This document shows positions 19,869 to 28,600 of a stretch of DNA of 64,000 nucleotides, piece after piece. Position 1 is the stretch's first letter, and each line of letters starts with the position of its first letter. The stretch comes from an uncultured virus (IMG/VR IMGVR_UViG_3300025767_000007) (taxonomy: Duplodnaviria > Heunggongvirae > Uroviricota > Caudoviricetes), in IMG/VR virus record IMGVR_UViG_3300025767_000007; one strand, 5' to 3'. A model generated the notes under the pieces. It had not been told where the DNA came from. It ran no database searches and saw nothing but the letters and a program-made list of their open reading frames with translations. Both the position numbers and the translations under genes were made by a program.

Positions 19869-20876
19869 TTAAGTTTGTGTCCATACAACAGGGTTTGATA
19901 CTACTGGTGTTGGAATATCTAACGTTACGTTGTTTTCTGTAACACTATTAGGATGGACCATAGTTGCTATTACAGAAAGTTCACCTGTTGATGCAAGTGT
20001 TGTACTAGAGCTATCTAGTACTATTCTTAAGTTAAGATACTTACTATCAGTACCATAAACTCTTCCATAAACTTTTACTCGTATACTTGAATAATTACCA
20101 TAACCAGCATAGCCGCCATATCCGCCATATCCGCCATATCCGCCATATCCGCCGCCGCCACCAGCTGGGCTAGTGTAGAGTAGTTTTTCTGTTGTATTCA
20201 GTTCACTAAATCCAATGTCTTGTGTAATACCAACAGAATTTAAACTTGCTATTGTATCAACACTAAGTTTAAGAATACCCATGTCTGCAAATAATGTTTT
20301 CCATGTTGTATAACCCGAACCGCTTCCGTTAGTATATGCAAGTTCTAATCTAATATCACCACCAGCATTAAAGAAGTGTCTAGCACTTTCATAGTAAGCT
20401 GGGTCAGTACCAAACAAATAATCTAGTTGTGTTTCAAACTTATTTGTCCAGCCTGTGGTGCTACTAAAAGTGTTTAATGTAGTTAATTGTGTTAAGTTTG
20501 GATCTACTTCGTTGCGTTTAATTCTTGCTAATTCTAGTAAATCATGAGCAGTATTAAAAAAATCTGCTGTAATTTTTCCGCCTCTAGAAGTTACAACTAG
20601 CTCGTCATCTGAAGCATCTGTCCTGTATGTGCTAATATTAATTCTATTAACAAGTTCGTTAGCATAAGAAGATGTAACCTTATCTCCTCTTGCTACAGTC
20701 GGTACTTCTGTTCCACCCCAACCCCAACGAATATCATCTTGAACTGCGGCGTCATCTGTTTCTGATGGACCTTCATTTGCATGTGTATCTGCAAATAGTT
20801 CATTTACTTGATCTGAAAGATTATTAAAATAATCTTTCGTAATTTTATCGCCACGGCTATTTGGGTGCCCAGACAT
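19869..20876 (-). CDS. putative virion structural protein with Gly-Gly-Tyr repeat insert
   Basis: Repeated RGDKIT/RGDKVT/RGGKIT motif, RHFFNAGG, GGY tract. Lies in the baseplate operon. Confidence 0.6.
   Translation of the reverse strand: MSGHPNSRGDKITKDYFNNLSDQVNELFADTHANEGPSETDDAAVQDDIRWGWGGTEVPTVARGDKVTSSYANELVNRINISTYRTDASDDELVVTSRGGKITADFFNTAHDLLELARIKRNEVDPNLTQLTTLNTFSSTTGWTNKFETQLDYLFGTDPAYYESARHFFNAGGDIRLELAYTNGSGSGYTTWKTLFADMGILKLSVDTIASLNSVGITQDIGFSELNTTEKLLYTSPAGGGGGYGGYGGYGGYGGYAGYGNYSSIRVKVYGRVYGTDSKYLNLRIVLDSSSTTLASTGELSVIATMVHPNSVTENNVTLDIPTPVVSNPVVWTQT
20113..20160 (-). repeat. 9-bp tandem repeat (ccgccatat x4) encoding GGY repeats
   Basis: Four exact units at 20113-20148, followed by ccgccgccgcca. 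Confidence 0.95.
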
Positions 20877-21988
20877 TATCTGACTCCTACTGTTGCCTCA
20901 ATTAATCCAATACCTTCGCCATCATAATCTTGTAAACTACGGCCAATGATACTAAAAAGAGGATCGTTTTCTGTTGCTTTTCTTGCAACTCCTGGTGTTT
21001 CACTTGCTACTAATCTATCTCCTTTTCCAATTGGTCCTGAGACTTTAGTAGGAATACGTCCTGCTACTGCAATTGGCATTGCATGTTTCTCTCTTTTCTT
21101 TCTTGCGTTTAACAAGTAAGCTGGTCTAGTTGATACCACACCAAAGATACTTGGATCTCCGTCAAACATAGTGCTAGTTACTTCGTTAACACCGCCTAGT
21201 GCAACCAATGTGCCTGGCTCGTATGTTGCATCACCTACATAAATTTCTGCAACGTCAGCAAATTCTGCTTCAACTGCTACACCACGAATTTTAAAATCAC
21301 TACTTGAATTTAAATTTAATCCTTTTCCAATTATACCAGTTTGGTTATAATCTCCAGATCCTAAATCGGCATCTACGCCACCTGCGTCTGCTCCGCAAAA
21401 TGATTGTAAATTTTCACTTGCATGTGGTACATAATCTGCATCACTACTTAAAATAGCAACAAGTATTCCGTTGACTTTAAGTTTAATTGCAGGATGTATG
21501 TTTAAGTTAGGTGTTGCATCAACATAATTTGTATCTTTAATTGTTTCATTTATAACAACGCCTGTTTCTAATCCTGGAACTCCAAAAACATTGTTTAACT
21601 GAATAAACGCAGTTCCGTCCCACATAAACACACCTTGGTTTGCTGTATCAAACCACATATCTCCTTTAGCTCGTTTAACTAAAGAGGGTTGAGTACCAAC
21701 AAACAAGTGCCCTACTGGCTTCCAAACTCCACCGCCTTGGTAAATGTTTATTTGTTTTGGTTCTCCAACTACATCGGTATTTCTATACCAAATTTGACCA
21801 ACGATAGGGTTGGCTGGTTCGTCGTTACTATTGAAATTTTCTAATAGTTTGACAAAGTTTTCAGCAATTAATTCTCCATATCCTAAATAGTTTTTTCCTA
21901 AAAGATTTAATCCATACGTTGTATCGATTTCACCTTCTTGGATATTTAGGAGAATTGTGCCATCTGTTTTGTTTACTTCATATGCCAT
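20876..21988 (-). CDS. baseplate/short-fibre-like virion protein with C-terminal peptidase-G2/chaperone-like domain
   Basis: N-terminal L.LLGKNY.GYGE..AENFVKLLENF...P.NP..GQIWY. C-terminal ADVAEIY...GVVST.PAYLLN...AGRIP.KV...KGD.LV. Confidence 0.6.
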   Translation of the reverse strand: MAYEVNKTDGTILLNIQEGEIDTTYGLNLLGKNYLGYGELIAENFVKLLENFNSNDEPANPIVGQIWYRNTDVVGEPKQINIYQGGGVWKPVGHLFVGTQPSLVKRAKGDMWFDTANQGVFMWDGTAFIQLNNVFGVPGLETGVVINETIKDTNYVDATPNLNIHPAIKLKVNGILVAILSSDADYVPHASENLQSFCGADAGGVDADLGSGDYNQTGIIGKGLNLNSSSDFKIRGVAVEAEFADVAEIYVGDATYEPGTLVALGGVNEVTSTMFDGDPSIFGVVSTRPAYLLNARKKREKHAMPIAVAGRIPTKVSGPIGKGDRLVASETPGVARKATENDPLFSIIGRSLQDYDGEGIGLIEATVGVR

Positions 21989-22020
21989 AGTTTATATCCT
22001 TTACCTATTATTTAGTACAA

Positions 22021-22644
22021 TTAAGCTCTTATTCTAAGTGTGTAAATAATTTGTATTCTTTGTTCTGCGGTTTTCGTAACCGGATGAAACCTATAATGCG
22101 TTAATAATCTTCCGCTATTTAAGCCTGTAATTCCTTTGCTTTTCAAGCCAATTTCATCAAAAATTATCTCTCCATTACTTGCTAATCCTGAATCATATGT
22201 TGCGTCAGTTAGATTAGTTATATACCCACCAGTTTGTGAGTTAATATCTGGGTCTGCATAATCAAGTGTAGTTGTAACAACTAAATCAGTAAACTGCGAT
22301 CCTCTAATATGATCTGTTTCTACTTTATTATCATTTGGTAAAATGTTACCAAAATCTAAAGCATCTACTAATCTATAATATAAAGGATGATACAGCCCTG
22401 CATTCTCACCAAGAATATTAGCTGGCTTATATGTAATTACTCCTGAATTAATAGTACTTGCTCCGTCACCAAAATGTATTTCGCTAACAATACTGTTACC
22501 ACTACTCATTACTTCAGCTAAGGTTTGACTCATGTTTTCTTTATGAACTGAGTTCTTTCCTTCGCGAAGTATTTGTTTTGTGTCTAGATCGACAATTTTT
22601 ACGAAACCTTCGATGCTTGCATTTATATCTTGAATATGTGTCAT
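22021..22644 (-). CDS. putative baseplate/tail-associated structural protein
   Basis: FDEIGLKS...LLTH..FHPV.K...I.YTLRI. Position in the baseplate module. Confidence 0.5.
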   Translation of the reverse strand: MTHIQDINASIEGFVKIVDLDTKQILREGKNSVHKENMSQTLAEVMSSGNSIVSEIHFGDGASTINSGVITYKPANILGENAGLYHPLYYRLVDALDFGNILPNDNKVETDHIRGSQFTDLVVTTTLDYADPDINSQTGGYITNLTDATYDSGLASNGEIIFDEIGLKSKGITGLNSGRLLTHYRFHPVTKTAEQRIQIIYTLRIRA

Positions 22645-22675
22645 TAGTAATATTTAGCCTGTTTGTTATAACCCG

Positions 22676-25600
22676 TTATATCGTAGGAACTACCTCAGAT
22701 GCTCCATTTGGATCAACCTCTACTAGTGTTGATGTTGAAACATCTGGATTAAGGAAATTAATCGTATTTCCATCTTCATCAGTAAGTACTGCGTCATCTA
22801 TGCTAACTGTAAATTCTTCTGTTTCAATAGTCATTATTAATGATTCAGTAATACCAACGTTTATTGTATCGTTGCTTGATAATTTATTATTAAAGTTTGC
22901 TATTTTAGTATGATAAGGTTTTACTTCTTGTATATAAGTTGCAACTTGCTCTGCTAATTTATCATAAAATAAAGAAACGCCTCTTAAATCATCTGATGAT
23001 GTTTTAGAAATATCTAAGTAAGTAGATTTAATTGCCCAACTTGAATTTGGAATTTGATTAAGTGATTCTTTTACCATATCAAAGAAAAATAAGTTAAAGA
23101 ATCCAATGTCGTTTGTGACTAATAAATCTTCTCTTAATGCAGTTAATAAACTTTCTAATACTTCGCTACCATCTTCGTCCCATGGAAATTTATCCCACCT
23201 TGCGGTATCCCATGCATCACCTAATGAGCCATCCCATACTGTATCTAAAAATTGTATTGTTCCATCACGTTGAAAAACTAATTCAATGTCTAATCCGTTT
23301 TTATTAAATGATCTTTCTAGCTCTCCATTTGAGTCTAGTAATCCAAAAACAGTAATATTAGACGACAATGTTGTTATCTCTGATAAGTTGTCTACAAAAG
23401 CCTGTTCGCTTCCAGCAACATATCCAGTACCAAGATAATCAACAAACTCCCAGTAAGGTGTTAAATCTTTTACATAAGGTCCAAACAATGGCTGATATGT
23501 TAATAGATGTGCATCATATGTTGCTTTTGAAACAACATTTGCCTGTAATAGATATTTGTTTGCCGAATAAACAAAATTACGTCTTGCTTCTTTTATATCT
23601 TTATACCATGTTTGTGGTAGAGGAACATACTGATTTCCGTACCTACGAAGTGGATGAAGTTTAGTATCTGGCACTCGTCTTCTTGCCGGAATAACTGCTA
23701 AGTATTCTCCGTTTAATCCGCCTGCTTTTTGTACTGCGGTTGCTCCACTAACTACCATATTCCAATCACTTAGTGCATCTGCTACAAAATCACTAGTTGA
23801 CGTATAACCTGTTTTGTTTGTTATAAGCATTGGTCTATGTAACTTTTTCTTAGTTTCTAGTCTAAGATCAGTTGATAATGCAAATACATTTCCTAACGAG
23901 TCAACTAAGTTTCCAGTTCCTTCGTCAATTTGATAAATTGGTCTAAGTACTCCTTCTACTTTTTCTCTAGTATCGTTTAAGAATTTTACCACAGGAACAT
24001 CATTATCATTATAGGTACTTGTTGTAACTACTTGCGAAAGATTATAGTTTATAACAACATCTCCTTCGTTATAAAGTGTATTGGGTATCCATTCTTTTAA
24101 AGCATGTGTTCTTCTATATTGATCTCTGCCAGATATACTTGTTTTAAGTCTACGAAATAAGTATTCAGGAATAACACTTCCTGACTTTCCTTCGCTTACT
24201 AATAAACTATTAACATGTTGTTGCAGTCCGTCTGTTCTTTCGACTATTCTAAGTATTACACTTTTTCTACTTGCTAAGAATCCATTAGCATTTGAAAGTA
24301 CTAATGCGTTAGTTGCAATTGGACTTGCCCAAGTTATTCCTGCAATATCTGGACTGTTTAATGCAGATTGTATTGCAAGAGCAGAGTAAGTTCTTTTTGC
24401 TCCTGCAGGAATATTTGAAGGATTTTTACTCCAATAATAATATTTTGTTACTAATGCCCCGTTGTTATTATATTCTTGATTTTCAGTATATCTAATTATA
24501 CCGTCACCATCAGAGTAATCTATTCTTGCATCAGGATGTGTGTCTACTGCTGGTTCTTCATCTGATGAATACCATTCGTAAATTTCTACTTCACTATCTG
24601 CAAATTGCTCTCCCCAGTAGTTTGCTCTATACTCTACATTGTTTCTTTGCTCGTATTCTGCATAACGTAGTTTACTGGTATCCCACCATAGTTTTCCGAT
24701 CTGTGTGTTTTCCCAATATGTTGTTGCATCAAGTTCTTCGTTTCCAAATTCATCTATATTGTAAACTGCCGGATCTACTCCTTGCCTGTAGTTTAGATAT
24801 TGTACTACATCGTCAATAGTAAATCCCTTATAAGGATCAAACAATTCAATGTTAGCAATTTTATTTCCTGTATCACCATCTAATAATGTAATACTGTCAA
24901 TTGCAGTTGAGTCTACCATGTTGCCTTGTAACGTTGTTGCTTCTTCGTTAATGATCCAAGCAGTTCCGTTAAATTCATATACTGTATATTCTCCTTGAGC
25001 AGTACTATCTGGCTCAAGATAAAACTTAGTTCCTACAGCAATATTTGTTAGGTTTGTTGGTAAATCTGCTGTAGTTTTGCCCTTGGTATTCATCATTGTT
25101 ATAGATACTAGGTTTTCTGTTTTTGTTGAAACTCTAGTAGGAACTAAGATATTATAAGCATCAATAACTTTTGTAACTACATGAAAAGTTCTAATTGTTT
25201 CTTCAGTAGTTCCTAATATCAATAACATGTCATCAACTGCTAATCCATGTGCATTGGCAAATGTAACTTTACTTTCTTCTAATGCAGGATCACCATTAGG
25301 ACAAATTTCATTTATTAATGCTGGAACAGTACCTTGTAAAATATTCCAACTAACTTCAGTTTCACCTGTTTCTGTTGTTGTAAAATCTTTGAAGTTAAAG
25401 TCACTTAACCATACTGTAGGAGGAAGTGAAATAGCATCTTCAGTAACTACAGTCCATTGTGCTGAATCAAATGCAGTATTTTGTCCGCCAGTTACATTTT
25501 CTATTGCTTGATATAGTAAGCCATTATTGAAAACTCTATCACCTTCTTTGTATACTCCAAACTTACTAAAAGATCTTAGTTCGTCTAAACGTTCAAATTT

Positions 25601-28600
25601 ATCATCTTCAAATAATCCAATGTTAGATCCAACTAGCTCATTGACACTTCTTTTCTGTACATTGGTTTCAACTAAGTTGCCAACTCCTGCACTTGGTAAC
25701 CAATTATTTTTCTTGACATAGTCTGGTGTTATATCTGATCGAGCTATGGTTTTAAAATTAATATCTTTTGATCTTGATACCCATCTACTATCATTCTTTA
25801 GTATATCAATAATGTTATCGCTTCTAAAGTCAACATCATCTTCGCCTTCTTTAAAACGTATAATCTGTCTGGTACTTGTCATGTCTTCTGCTCTGACTTC
25901 TATTTCCCAAACACGTCTATTACCTAACTTTCCAAATTCTCCATCAGTAAATAACCACTGTTCGTTAATTTCTAAATCCTGTAATGTTCCTGGAATGTCA
26001 ATAGCTGAATTCCTAAACAAAGCGTTAATTGCTAGATTAGTTCCTGATGCTGAATTTAATCCCTGTTTGTAAGCAAACTCAACCGATTCATCTGAAATGA
26101 TTTCTTCTATAATTGATTTTTTAGAAGGTATAATATCTCCCTTACTAACGTCACTTAAGAATGTGTTAAACTGGCTCTTCTCTAAATCTCTTGACTTAAC
26201 AATATCTGTTGCTAAACTTTCTAATCCAGGTAGTAATCCTGTATTTGTTACAATCACTCCTTGTGCAAATGGCTTTCCGTCCCAACCTCTTGTTCTTCTA
26301 GCAACCATTTTTAGATTTTGTAATCTATACTGTAATTGGCTATTATTGATTACATCACCAAATCTAGTAGAGTTATTAAAGAAGAATATATGATCATAAC
26401 TTCTTAAAGAGAAGTCAATAAATGTAACTTGCTTTTTTGAAGTAATTTCTACAAGGTCTTGTTTTTCGTTATAATTTCTAGATATTAATAAGTCATTTGG
26501 TTGTGCTAATTTTCCGTCTGAAAATATAATCTTTCCTCGTCTAGTTAAATCATTGTCTAACTTGTCTAAATGTCCTAGTTGGTGTTCGTATAAAAATCCT
26601 TTAGAGTCAATTGGTCCACCTAACCAGTAAGTATCTGTTCCCCAATTTTCACCAATCCAGGTCATTGCATCTAATGCTACCTGTTCCCAATTACCAACAG
26701 TTCCTCTTGAATTTAATTTATCAAAAACTAAACCATTGCGTTCTTGTAATGCTTGCACACCTATAAAGAATTCGTACAATTCTTGTTTTGTCTCAAACTT
26801 GTGACCGTAAGGAATATTAATAACATCTGTTTCATGTTGTTTGTATAATATAAGAGTGTCAGTATCTGTTTCTACAGTTCTTTGAAATGTTCCACTTGTA
26901 CCATCTTTAATTGGTAATACAGTAGTGAAGTATCGTTGTTCTGGGTCAAAACCATAAACTCTAAAACCGTCATCTTCTCGTTCTAGTCTTACTGCACTAT
27001 ACCTTAAGTCGTTAGTACTAACTCCTGCATCTAATGTTAAGTTAAAATCCTCGTCTGGAACAAATGTTCCATCAGATACTTTTGCATGTGGCATTTTAAA
27101 TCTAGCTTCTTGATTGCTAAATCCACCCATACCAAACATTAACACAACTCCTAGATTTTCTAGTTCATTAATTACTTCTGATCCTGGGAAGTTTAACTCT
27201 TTATTACTTTCAAAAAGTAATGCTCCAATACCAACTGTTGGTCTTAGTTGTACCCAAGGAACATCTGGAAAAATACTATACTGTCCTAAGGCTTCTGTTG
27301 TATTATTATTGTTTGTTACAACATAAGGATTAATTCCTTTTTCTACAAATTCGTTTACAGTATTATTATTTCCAATTTTATCAAAGATCTGATGGTATGC
27401 TCCTGCAGAGCTTCTTGCCCATAAGTCTTCCCACACGCCATAGCTACCAATTTCCCAAGGTGCTCCGGCGGCGTCTTCTGTTACAGTTATTCCTAACCAA
27501 TCATTTGGATGTATAAGTTTAACGTCTGTTGTAACTGGAAAGCCGTTTGGATATTCTCTTCTAGAGCCATAATCATATACTGCAGGTGTTCCTGGTTCGC
27601 TTACAAGACCTGTTTCTAACGCTGATTCTAATGCAACACGCTGGGTTGGCTCTCCCCATTGATAATGATGATCCCACCAGTCTGGTTTATTGCTAAAGTT
27701 TAATATTTCCCAAGGACGGCTATCAGGCTGATAAGTTCCAAACAGTCTAATGTACATTCCTCTCCAACTTTCGCCGTTGTAATTCCATGTCCACGGATCT
27801 GCAAAATCAAAATCTTGTGAACGGTCTCTGAAGTCAATATCGTTGGATTGAAACCACCTAACTTCAGCTAACGAACGTAGGCTGGTAATATCAGGATTAC
27901 AATATAACCCTGAATTTTCTCTTAACGTGGCTCCTGGCAATTCTATACAGCTGACATAAATTCTTCTTTCTAATTCTAATATTAAGTAGTCTCTTGGATC
28001 AGGTGCCGAATAAATGTTATCTTGGTGGGCCATTACTTTACTGCCGTCATGTCTTAAAATTAAGAATCGATCAAACATTCCCCATCGTTCTCTAATAAGT
28101 TCTGGCTTGGTTAGTCCTTTCAATCCTAGCTTAGTAGGACTTGCTGGTACTCCGCTCAATAAAGGAGTTGCGGAACCTCTGTAATAAATTGCTACTATAC
28201 TTCCTTCACTAACTGGATTTGAAAATATTACATTAGGAGTAGTATCAACACTATATCCTTCAATTTGTAATATATTATCAACATAAACATATACATGATC
28301 TGGATCATATTCGTCTTGGTTTAATATACTACTACCAATGTTAACTGCAAAAGTTGTTTCGTTAGTTCCTTGAACAGTATAGTTAACTTTAAGCATATTA
28401 GTAGTAGAGAAAACCATTCCACTTTCAGCATCTGTTGAATTTGTATTAACTTCAATGTTTAATTGATCTAACATTAAATCTAATATTTCTCTTGAATTTG
28501 ATGTTGTTACTTCGTATGCATTATTAAAAGTTTCTACTAACTTAATAAAACGTCTATGCCATCTCCATGCATTCATACTTCTGTTAATAACTACTTCACC

